DNA of 41,843 nt from an uncultured Methanosarcinales archaeon. GTDB taxonomy: Archaea > Nanobdellota > Nanobdellia > Woesearchaeales > UBA12501. The stretch is taken from positions 1-41,843 of the forward strand of contig CAYNHV010000009.1 of NCBI GenBank assembly GCA_964397315.1, in the 5' to 3' direction. The notes below the pieces were generated by a model. It had not been told where the DNA came from. It saw only the letters and a list, made by a program, of their open reading frames with translations, and did not search any database. The position numbers were made by a program, and so were the translations under genes. Positions 27,937-36,275 of the stretch are shown in pieces. How positions within the stretch are numbered: position 1 is the stretch's first letter; every line of letters starts with the position of its first letter.

Positions 27937-28252
27937 CTCCTGCAGGAACCCATTGTCAAAGCCCGCATACTCTGCTGAATTTGAACCCGGAAGAAGCCAT
28001 TCAGGAACTCCAAAGCTGGACATGAGCATGCCCTACCTGAAGCTTGACGACATGAGGATGTACTCAAAAGGGCCAGGAGTGAAAGACAATGAGAGTTCAG
28101 GGGGGATTTACAAAGGCGTGAGAGACCCTCTTGAGCTGGGCTATTCACCAGGCACCTCATCCAGCGGAACACCAAGCCTTTCAGATGATTACATCAGCCA
28201 GATAGCGCAGTCAAGAATAACCAACGGCTGGAAAGAGCCATGCCCTCATTGA
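27920..28252 (+). CDS. Low-complexity hypothetical protein
   Basis: GGGTGA RBS; overlaps the peptidase stop; S/G/P/Y-rich. Confidence 0.55.
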   Translation: MMYCSSSCRNPLSKPAYSAEFEPGRSHSGTPKLDMSMPYLKLDDMRMYSKGPGVKDNESSGGIYKGVRDPLELGYSPGTSSSGTPSLSDDYISQIAQSRITNGWKEPCPH

Positions 28253-28301
28253 TCCTTATGCAATACCCTGATGAGGATTACGCAAGACAACAGCACGAAT
28301 T

Positions 28302-28538
28302 TTATGTCAAGCAGAACGTATTAGATGAAAAGCCGTCTTTTGTCCTGAGTATTCCTGTGTCGTCCTCAGTCAGGTTCTGCCTGAGCTCTTTGTTCCATTC
28401 CGGATGCGTGAAGTCCCCCGTGCCCAGCAGATCTACCCCCTTCATCAGGGCGTACTTCTGCAGATTGCTGATGTTCAGGGTCTTGCTCGTGCCCCTGCTG
28501 AACCTGCTGTGTATGTGCAGGTCTGCTATTATTGCCAT
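28302..28538 (-). pseudogene. Truncated endonuclease Q / PHP-family nuclease (N-terminus only)
   Basis: ADLHIHSRFSRGTS...KGVDLLGTGDFTHPEW; ends after ~70 aa although family members are several hundred aa. Confidence 0.8.
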
Positions 28539-28588
28539 TATCCCCCCTCAAGCGGCCATAGCCTTAAATTCTGTAAAATCTTGAATCC

Positions 28589-28751
28589 TGTCAAAAACCA
28601 CCGGTCAGAGACCGGTGGCATGAAGCGAAAGCTTCATTCTCATTCTTTATTGACCTGTGGTTTTTGAGCATGCTCAGAAATATACCCTCTGCGGATATGC
28701 CTTTGTGGACTTTGTCCACTGGTTAAATAAACCAGTGGTATATTTCTGACA
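28589..28751. repeat. 163-bp bipartite palindromic MITE-like element, copy 1
   Basis: TGTCA...TGACA ends; identical to 33296-33458. Confidence 0.9.
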
Positions 28752-28836
28752 TATAAAAATATTGCGCCCGCTTACTGCGCGCCGCAAAACAACACACCCC
28801 CAAACATTTAAATACCTGAAAAACCATATATTATGT

Positions 28837-29664
28837 ATGGAAGGGCTGGCGAGGTTAGAAGAAGGTGTACAGTGCGGCGTTCATTACAATAATGCCTGCA
28901 TTCCGGCCCTTGAGGAGGACATTTCGAATATCTGCGCTTCTGATGAAAGGATCCGTAATATAATAAAAGACGGCCTCACCCATATCCATGATATAATGAG
29001 AGAGGGAAGGATAAAAGGGGATGGCCATATAAGGCTGCTCTTCTGCAGAGACATTGACGAGCTTATTGACACCCCATTGTACGGCCTGAAAGACATGATA
29101 GAGATGCTTGCGCATACCAGATTCAGGGATGAGAATAAATCAAAGAACTTTTTCAGGCTTCTGAAAGCGATGCATGAGCTTGAGACGGACTTCAGCATAT
29201 TCACTAAGTTTGATGAAGCTTTAGAGGCGACAAGGATAAAAGATGAAGTTTATGGGAATGCGGATGGTTTCTACGATGACAAGCTGGAAAGGGAGAGGTA
29301 TGGCGCCCTGACTTTTGTAGTGTTCAAGCTTTTCCAGTTCAGTGACTGGTTTGAAGAGAAACCCCTCAATGAAAGGGTGAGCCTTATACTGAAAAAAGAT
29401 GCAATAGAGAAGACAGCTCTTGAGATTCTTGCGCCCTTGAGAGATGAGGTAAGCAAGTACGCTGAAGGATCCAAGATAGTGGTGTTCGGGCCGGCAGATC
29501 TCAGAAATTACAAAAGGTATGATTTCCACAGGGCAAGGCTTGAGAAAGTGGTGTTTGATGAAGCGGCAAGGAGTTACAGTGATGATCCATTGTTTGATTT
29601 CTTGGATAACAAAAGCCTTGTACACATGATGAGGTACCTCAGGGCGGGATATGACATAGAGTGA
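28837..29664 (+). CDS. Hypothetical protein
   Basis: Long ORF after a TTTAAATA box; no motif recognised. Confidence 0.7.
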   Translation: MEGLARLEEGVQCGVHYNNACIPALEEDISNICASDERIRNIIKDGLTHIHDIMREGRIKGDGHIRLLFCRDIDELIDTPLYGLKDMIEMLAHTRFRDENKSKNFFRLLKAMHELETDFSIFTKFDEALEATRIKDEVYGNADGFYDDKLERERYGALTFVVFKLFQFSDWFEEKPLNERVSLILKKDAIEKTALEILAPLRDEVSKYAEGSKIVVFGPADLRNYKRYDFHRARLEKVVFDEAARSYSDDPLFDFLDNKSLVHMMRYLRAGYDIE

Positions 29665-29716
29665 TGAGATACATACAATACTGAGATGCAAGAATGAGGA
29701 AAGGCCATGAGGAGCA

Positions 29717-30322
29717 CTATTGACCAGCCAGGTGTCTTGTGCAGTCATGGACGCGAATCCTGTGGCTCATATCCTCATCCACATCAAGCACTGTTATGCT
29801 TGTGTTGCCGAAGTTTTCTAATTCAAGGATGTCCTCTGAGGGTCTTCCCTGTATTGCGCACATTATCGCCTTGTTTATTCCGTTATGGCCCACAAGAAGA
29901 ATTATCTCTTTGTCATGTTTTTTCAATAGCTCATGTATGAACTTGTCAGCTCTCTGAAGCATCTGATTTAATGTCTCCCCGTTCTTAGGCTGAAGATATA
30001 CCAAACTCTTTTCCTTGCCCCACCCAAAATCTTTTTTTGCCTTTCCCTGAAACTCGCCAATATCCCTTTCCCTCAGCTCAGCAACAAACTTCAGCCGCGC
30101 ATCAGGATGGAATTTCGCTATCTCTCTTGCAGTATCAGCGCTCCTTGCAAGGTCGCTTGAGTAGATGAAGTCTATCCTCTCGCTCTTGAGCCTTTCAGCC
30201 ACCATCATCGCCTGCTTCCTGCCCTTTTCAGACAGGCGTCCGTGAAGATGGCCCTGTATGATGCCTTTTGTGTTCTCAACAGTCTCTCCATGGCGGGTAA
30301 GCATGAGTCTCAGCATAATCAT
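29717..30322 (-). CDS. Histidine phosphatase (phosphoglycerate mutase family)
   Basis: RHGET, SSDLARS, LRE, VGHNG. Confidence 0.93.
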   Translation of the reverse strand: MIMLRLMLTRHGETVENTKGIIQGHLHGRLSEKGRKQAMMVAERLKSERIDFIYSSDLARSADTAREIAKFHPDARLKFVAELRERDIGEFQGKAKKDFGWGKEKSLVYLQPKNGETLNQMLQRADKFIHELLKKHDKEIILLVGHNGINKAIMCAIQGRPSEDILELENFGNTSITVLDVDEDMSHRIRVHDCTRHLAGQ

Positions 30323-30645
30323 CCGACCTTTATCTCTATGGTTTTTTCGCCGGGCTTTGGTTTTATGCTCAGCTCAGTCTTCCTGCTGTCAAGCCCGAAA
30401 ACCCTGACGATGTCCTTGGGGAATGTGAGGCCCCAGCTGTGGCCTATCTGGATTGGATGCTTCTTGTACTGTTCTTTAACCCTTCTCTCCTCTAACCGTG
30501 CTGCAGCTCTTTCTGCCAGCTCCTCGGTGTAGAAGACCTCCTTGCATTTAGGGCACTTGAGCGCCTTCACATAAACGCCCATTATCTGCTTCCTGACAGG
30601 TTTTACGGATGAGCCGCATTTATAGCATTTTATCTTCTTCCCCAT
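30319..30645 (-). CDS. Zn-ribbon plus AbrB antitoxin-like protein
   Basis: CYKC...CPKC, then IGHSWGLTFPKDI. Confidence 0.75.
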   Translation of the reverse strand: MGKKIKCYKCGSSVKPVRKQIMGVYVKALKCPKCKEVFYTEELAERAAARLEERRVKEQYKKHPIQIGHSWGLTFPKDIVRVFGLDSRKTELSIKPKPGEKTIEIKVG

Positions 30646-30911
30646 TTTATCACCACTGTCTTTATGATTATTAACCTTCTGCCCTTCCTGATGCAAACAG
30701 CAAAAAAGGAGTATCCTCCATTGAAGTAATGATAGTATACAACCTTGTTCCGCACACTGCTAATGCGCTTTCCCTGCCTTACTGTGTTTATTGTCCTGCT
30801 GACAGCGTCCTCAATGTTAAACCCGAATCTAAAGCAACGCTCAGATAATCTCTTAAACGCGTGGTCTGTAAAGACAATCCCTTGCCGCACTGATACCACC
30901 ATGTCAAGCAT
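30630..30911 (-). CDS. DUF4258-like toxin candidate
   Basis: FTDHAFKRL.ER...IIKTV. Confidence 0.7.
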   Translation of the reverse strand: MLDMVVSVRQGIVFTDHAFKRLSERCFRFGFNIEDAVSRTINTVRQGKRISSVRNKVVYYHYFNGGYSFFAVCIRKGRRLIIIKTVVIKWGRR

Positions 30912-31113
30912 AACTTATATTTAAAACTTATGGTTAAACTTATTGTTTTACACAAAAATTATGTGAAGAATAGGGTGTCTGTCCTCTTTTTTACATATTT
31001 CCGGCTGCTTCGCATAATAGCTCCGGATGAGATGAAGATGTTCCGCCAGGCTATGGAAGACTGCCGGAACGGATTACAAGGAAGCAATAGGTTTTTCAAC
31101 AAAAACAGAGGAT

Positions 31114-31650
31114 TTACGGCGAATACACGCCAAACCAAACGCCGTCAGCATTGTATTCCTTCTCAAGCCTCATGTTTAATGGCTTGTACAGGCCTCCGAA
31201 CACAACAAGCCTCTGGCCTGCTGACATCTCTGCCCTGAGTTTCTTCTCAATCTCATGCAACGGCTGGTCAGGGTTTATGAAGAGCACCTCATAGCCTGAG
31301 ATGTCAGTGTCAAGAAAATCGCCCTCCATGAAAGACGCGCTGCTTATTCCCAGCCTCTTCCTGATATTCTCTGCCGAACTCACAAGCTGCCTGTCAATCT
31401 CAACACCATGCGCGTTTGTGAAGAGAGAGGCAACAAGAACAACCTTGCCATCCCCTGAGCCCAGGTCAAGAAAGCCACTGTGGTTCTCAAGCCCGAAGCT
31501 CCTGAAGAAACTGTACATGGTCTCAGCAGAAGCAGAGCCTGAATAGCCCTTCTCTGTGGGCTTCATAAGCTGCTGTTCTTTAATCATCTCTCCGTGTAGC
31601 TTCAGGTATTCCTGCTTTATTGTTTCAATACCTCTCATTTGCTGCCTCAT
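31114..31650 (-). CDS. Class I SAM-dependent methyltransferase
   Basis: FLDLGSGDG, GVEID, GDFL. Confidence 0.9.
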   Translation of the reverse strand: MRQQMRGIETIKQEYLKLHGEMIKEQQLMKPTEKGYSGSASAETMYSFFRSFGLENHSGFLDLGSGDGKVVLVASLFTNAHGVEIDRQLVSSAENIRKRLGISSASFMEGDFLDTDISGYEVLFINPDQPLHEIEKKLRAEMSAGQRLVVFGGLYKPLNMRLEKEYNADGVWFGVYSP

Positions 31651-31835
31651 TCTCTCTCATATTCCAGCCAAGGCCTGTCAATAAAATCCAGGCCTGTCTT
31701 TAGTGAAGGAAAAGCGTCTCCTCCTGCATATGAGCGCTCAACATCATTCCATCTGACCTCATGCCCTGCACAGCTGTCCACGGATTTACAGCAAGCCCTC
31801 ATATGGTAATCTTTTTTCATTGTGACAACAGGCAT
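31647..31835 (-). CDS. Small hypothetical protein
   Basis: ATGA-coupled to the methyltransferase. Confidence 0.4.
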   Translation of the reverse strand: MPVVTMKKDYHMRACCKSVDSCAGHEVRWNDVERSYAGGDAFPSLKTGLDFIDRPWLEYERE

Positions 31836-31974
31836 AGCGCCTGCTTAATTTAAAGTTTTTGATGATCAGAAGCATTAAGAGGGACTCATTAATCCGACGT
31901 GTCATTCCTCACCCCTGACAGACAGAGCTTTGCTGATAAAATGTGGTAATCACTGCCCTTTGGAATGTATGTTT

Positions 31975-32255
31975 ATACTGATAGCTCATGGTACCTCCCA
32001 CCCTTTCTGCACAACTATTTAGCAGGCTTACACCTTCTGGAAAAGCACAACTCTCTGCTTCTGCCTCCAATAAGCCCACCCCTTAATTTGCTTAAAGCGC
32101 TCTGTGGAGTTGGTGCGATTAGCATATGCGAGGGGGACGGGGGGAGGGAAAAATCAGGGTGTAAAGCAAACAGGGCGGAGGAGAACTCTGGAGGAATTCC
32201 CCTCTTTACAATGAAATCATTCTTAGAACTCACAAACAGGGCAGAGGCAACACCA
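31975..32255 (-). repeat. Repeat family R, locus 4 (reverse orientation)
   Basis: GCTTAAAGCGCTCTGTGGAGTTGGTGCG is the reverse complement of the core; 32205-32245 matches 24775-24815. Confidence 0.85.
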
Positions 32256-32275
32256 GGAAGATCCATTATCTTTAT

Positions 32276-32505
32276 TGAAAATGGCGCAAAGCCATTTTCC
32301 AGTGGGTTTAAAGAAAATCCCGACTCTCAGGCTCGTCTGGGATTTTCAGACTTGCAAACAGGTTTGCAAGCAATACCTCGCACTTTAGTGCGAATGCGCC
32401 ATTTTCAAGACTAAAAATTTGACCATCTAAAATGCAAATCCGTTAATACCACACCCTTGAGGGTGTGGTTAGGATTTGCTTTATAAGATAATGGTCAAAT
32501 TTTTA
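32276..32505. repeat. Palindromic family P copy with internal insertion plus adjoining nested stem
   Basis: Reverse complement of 1-89 with a 62-nt insert at ~32312-32373; TAAAAATTTGACCAT...ATGGTCAAATTTTTA IR encloses ACCACACCCT-tg-AGGGTGTGGT. Confidence 0.85.
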
Positions 32506-32704
32506 TTATACAACCATCAGGAGAAGTTAATAATATTAGATCAGAATGCTCTGGAGATTGGAGAGATTATGAGATTGGTTCCTGCTGATTTGAGAAGGAG
32601 CAACAGAATCAAGTTTTATAACTTAAAGTGTGTTTTGGTTATTCTGGAGGGGTATATGAAAATAATAAGATTTAAATAAAGGTTTATATATTATACATAA
32701 TGGG

Positions 32705-33280
32705 ATGGAGCATAACATAATATTGATAGGACCAAGATGTGTCGGTAAGACTAACACAGGGATTTCCTTAGCAGAAAATTTAGATGCAGAGTTTATTGAT
32801 TCTGATCCTGTTATAGAGAGGGCAACAGGCAAATCTATCAATGAAATAGTCAGAGATAATGGTTGGCACTACTTCCGCAGGCTTGAAACAAATTTAATAA
32901 AAAAAGTTACCTCAAACAGTCTTAACAAAAAGGTTGTATTTGCACCTGGAGGGGGGGCGGTTTCCCATGAATATGCTGACCTGAGAGAACAAAATATAAA
33001 CTATTTAAAGTCGTTTGGTAAGGTAGTCTTATTAATGCCTTCTGAAAGTTTAGAAGAGAGCGCCAGGATAATCTGTGAAAGAATGTTAAGAGATAGCAGA
33101 TCCGTTATACAAAGGCCAAGTCTTACTGGTTCAGCCCCCCAGGAAGAGGTATTGGAAGTTTTGACTAAAAGAGCTCCTTTTTATAAGAAAGTTCAAGACT
33201 ATGTTATCTACACTGAGGGACTTAATGAAAAAGAAGTAGCTAGAAAAATTGTTTATACATTAGAAGGGGATTATTATTAA
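32705..33280 (+). CDS. aroK: Shikimate kinase, bacterial AroK/AroL type
   Basis: GPRCVGKT P-loop, FIDSD, GW..FR..E, GGGAV, RPSLT, R.PFY. Confidence 0.85.
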   Translation: MEHNIILIGPRCVGKTNTGISLAENLDAEFIDSDPVIERATGKSINEIVRDNGWHYFRRLETNLIKKVTSNSLNKKVVFAPGGGAVSHEYADLREQNINYLKSFGKVVLLMPSESLEESARIICERMLRDSRSVIQRPSLTGSAPQEEVLEVLTKRAPFYKKVQDYVIYTEGLNEKEVARKIVYTLEGDYY

Positions 33281-33295
33281 TTTCTCTTGTAACTT

Positions 33296-33458
33296 TGTCA
33301 AAAACCACCGGTCAGAGACCGGTGGCATGAAGCGAAAGCTTCATTCTCATTCTTTATTGACCTGTGGTTTTTGAGCATGCTCAGAAATATACCCTCTGCG
33401 GATATGCCTTTGTGGACTTTGTCCACTGGTTAAATAAACCAGTGGTATATTTCTGACA
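33296..33458. repeat. 163-bp bipartite palindromic MITE-like element, copy 2
   Basis: Identical to 28589-28751, same orientation. Confidence 0.9.
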
Positions 33459-33540
33459 TATTAAAGAAGAGTTTATCATTTATATCTAAAATTTTATTTT
33501 TGTCATCCTTTGGCATGTATCCTGCCCCCCTTAGCAGTAT

Positions 33541-35625
33541 TCACTCCAGCGGCACCTGGGTCCAGAGCTGCCAGTCATTGGATGGCGAGTATGTTCCGAA
33601 CACATAATAAGGCGGCTGGTTCCTTCCAAAGTATGAATGCTGGACATCAGACCACCTATCCGGAGCTCCGGGCCTTACAGGCCCCTGCGCGCCGTAGATG
33701 GGGCTTCCGAAAGACTTCCATGCCTCCCTCAGCATCCTGGTGGCATCGCCATAACCCTCAGAGAGGTATGCTCCTGTATAGCCCCTCTTCTTCAGATAGG
33801 CTACAGCATCTGTTATCGGCATGTCACCATGCCCCACAGGCAGGTTGGCGTGGCCGTAGCCAAAGCCGTCAGCAAGATGTATATGGCCTATTATCCCTGC
33901 CTGCTCCATCTTCTTTACCTGCTCCATGTACCAGCTGTTGAATCTCTTGTTGAACTGCTCCTCATTCTCTCCCGGCTTTTTCTGGAAGTACCTCTTCCAC
34001 AGGCCAACGTGCTCTGTGTCAAGAGTCATCTTCAGGTGGTCTGCTGCCTTCTTCCTTGCCTCCTCTTTTGATAATCCCCTTTCCTTAATAAGCCTGTCAG
34101 CCATCTTGTCCCTTGACTTCTGTATGAGCTCTATTATCTCCTCAGGGTGCGAGCCATAGCCCATCTCAGGGAACACCTGCTCTGCTGCTATGAACACCGG
34201 CTTCTCAAGCTTCCTTGCCTGGGTCTGCTCCATGGCATAGATGCCCGCCTCTGCGTAGGAGTCTGTTGACTTCTCAATAGCATACCTCTCCACAGGCCTT
34301 GCATGCTCCAGCATGTTCATCTGCTCCTCTGCCTGCTGCTCATAAGTTGCAGAGCCCTGGTATGTATGCTCAAGATCATGCCTCGTCTCTCTTATCTCTT
34401 CCTCAAGGATTTGTGAAGGAAGCTTGTCCTGCCGGGGAGCAAGACCCAGCTGGGATATTGCATAAGATATTGAGGAGCCGGGTTTCATGAGCTTCCATCT
34501 CTCTTCTTCAGGGGTTGCTTCTTCAAGCTTCTTGTAGTGCTTGTAGGCCTCTTTCAGCTTGTTGAGGGTCTTTACTCTCTCGTCAAACATCCTCATGTGA
34601 TACAGGGCCCAGCCTCTTGCCTGGGCTGCCTGGTTCTCTATTGTCGCCCTCAGGAACGCCTCTTCAGGCTTGACAATCTCGTCAGGACCCAATGGCCTGC
34701 CCAGGTCCTGCGCCTTTTTCTCGTTCCTCTCTTTTGCCTCCTCAACAAAGTCATCCCATGTCATCTTCCTTGCCTTGAACTTTCCCTCCTCATAATCATA
34801 ATTAGGCACCCTCTTCTCAATGTCCAGTTTCCTGTTCTCGTAATCAATATAATCCCCTTTCCTAACATATACATTCTGGCCTGTCTTCTCGTCAGTATAG
34901 GAATAATCATGGTCTGCAGTGTGCCATACAGGCCTGAATACATCCTGATTCTTCCTTACCTCTGTGATTACCTTGCCTGTCCTGTCATCAACCAGCCTCA
35001 TGACAGCCCTCTCAGGCTCTTCATGGTAATGCTTGAACATCAGCCTGCCGTAATCATCATAAGCCCAGGTCTGCTCTGACATGGGCCTCTGGAACTCTCC
35101 TGTGTGCACAACAACTGCCCCTCCTCCTGTCACGTCAGCTGCAAAGTTAACCGCCTGCTTTACCTCATTGACAAAAGCCTCTCTCTGCTCGTCAACAAAC
35201 CCCTTCTCAGGGCCTGCAAACCCTGAGAGGTTGCCGACCTGCGTGGGAGTGTGCACCGATGCTATGTTGACCTCATTGGCCCTGGCTATCTCTCTAAGCT
35301 CCTGCCTCTTGTCAACACCGTATGACGCAACCCCCACTGAAGGCTCTGATCCCACAGCGCTTGCAGAAAGCTCCAGAGAGCCGGCGCCCTTTCTTATTGC
35401 TGCCTGCGCGCTCTCTATGAAAGTGCCTCCTCCTGCCCTTCCCTCTGCAACTGTCTGGCCTATCTGGTCTGTGTCAAGAAGGGGCTCCTGCCTTGCATAG
35501 CCCACAGGCTTCTCAAGATTGGCTGCCCCTGTGTAGCCTGAGTTGAAGTCAGGGGATGCATTAGCAACATATTCCCTGTCCATTGAATTGGATATTGAGT
35601 ACGCGTCCCTTTCATTAAACATCAT
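33541..35625 (-). CDS. Xylose isomerase-like/AP endonuclease 2 TIM-barrel protein with large insertion
   Basis: SVHTP, VVVHTGEF, DTEH, HIHLADG..HANLPVGHG, SEG metal-ligand motifs. Confidence 0.75.
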   Translation of the reverse strand: MMFNERDAYSISNSMDREYVANASPDFNSGYTGAANLEKPVGYARQEPLLDTDQIGQTVAEGRAGGGTFIESAQAAIRKGAGSLELSASAVGSEPSVGVASYGVDKRQELREIARANEVNIASVHTPTQVGNLSGFAGPEKGFVDEQREAFVNEVKQAVNFAADVTGGGAVVVHTGEFQRPMSEQTWAYDDYGRLMFKHYHEEPERAVMRLVDDRTGKVITEVRKNQDVFRPVWHTADHDYSYTDEKTGQNVYVRKGDYIDYENRKLDIEKRVPNYDYEEGKFKARKMTWDDFVEEAKERNEKKAQDLGRPLGPDEIVKPEEAFLRATIENQAAQARGWALYHMRMFDERVKTLNKLKEAYKHYKKLEEATPEEERWKLMKPGSSISYAISQLGLAPRQDKLPSQILEEEIRETRHDLEHTYQGSATYEQQAEEQMNMLEHARPVERYAIEKSTDSYAEAGIYAMEQTQARKLEKPVFIAAEQVFPEMGYGSHPEEIIELIQKSRDKMADRLIKERGLSKEEARKKAADHLKMTLDTEHVGLWKRYFQKKPGENEEQFNKRFNSWYMEQVKKMEQAGIIGHIHLADGFGYGHANLPVGHGDMPITDAVAYLKKRGYTGAYLSEGYGDATRMLREAWKSFGSPIYGAQGPVRPGAPDRWSDVQHSYFGRNQPPYYVFGTYSPSNDWQLWTQVPLE

Positions 35626-35627
35626 TT

Positions 35628-36206
35628 TCAGACACCTTTGTATCCTGTTATGCCCTTTATCCTCTCTGAAAGGTGCATTTCCTTTATCTGCTCATTGAGG
35701 GATTCATACTGCTGCATTCTCCCCACGCTCTCGTACATCTGGCTGAGCTCTTCCTCATACTGGTTCTTGTACTTCTGGAAGCGCTCCTCGTCCATGCCGC
35801 TGAGCTCTTCAAGCCTTTCATTCATCTGATTCAGCTGGTCAGTGTACTGCTTCACCACGTCAGGAGGCATCTCATCCGGCTTTTCCTTCCTAACGTTTTC
35901 CTCCAGGCTCTTCTCCTGTTCCTCTGCCTCAGGCTGTTTTTCTTCTGCTTTTCCTCCTCTGACAAACCTTTTGGTTTTAAACATCTCCTTCTCTTCCTGA
36001 GTGAAAAGATTTGTTATGTCAATGGATGTCAGCTGGGGTATGGGTACGTCCCTCTTCCTCTCATCCTGATCCTCCAGCTCCCTCATTGACTCTGTCATGA
36101 GTTTCTGGGCTTCCTCAATCTCTTTCCTGCTCTTCTCCTCTATTTCCCTGAGCTTTTTCACCCTTTCCTCAGGGCTAAGCTTCTTCAGCTCTTCAAGTTC
36201 TCCCAT
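35628..36206 (-). CDS. Acidic coiled-coil hypothetical protein
   Basis: E/K-rich; 2-nt gap to the next gene. Confidence 0.75.
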   Translation of the reverse strand: MGELEELKKLSPEERVKKLREIEEKSRKEIEEAQKLMTESMRELEDQDERKRDVPIPQLTSIDITNLFTQEEKEMFKTKRFVRGGKAEEKQPEAEEQEKSLEENVRKEKPDEMPPDVVKQYTDQLNQMNERLEELSGMDEERFQKYKNQYEEELSQMYESVGRMQQYESLNEQIKEMHLSERIKGITGYKGV

Positions 36207-36275
36207 TGTGCATTAAACTCCATCCAATTGATGCTTTCCGCGGCACTTCGGTTGACGCTGCCAGTATAAACATCT

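Noticed and set aside
6795..28252. TGA recoding or selenocysteine (frames continue after TGA at 6795 and 28250)
   Set aside because: TGA ends clearly complete genes here (Lsm, rpl37e, rpl44e, rps27e); single nonsense mutations or chance are simpler
28589..33458. Integron attC cassettes
   Set aside because: No RYYYAAC/GTTRRRY ends, no one-site-per-gene pattern and no integrase
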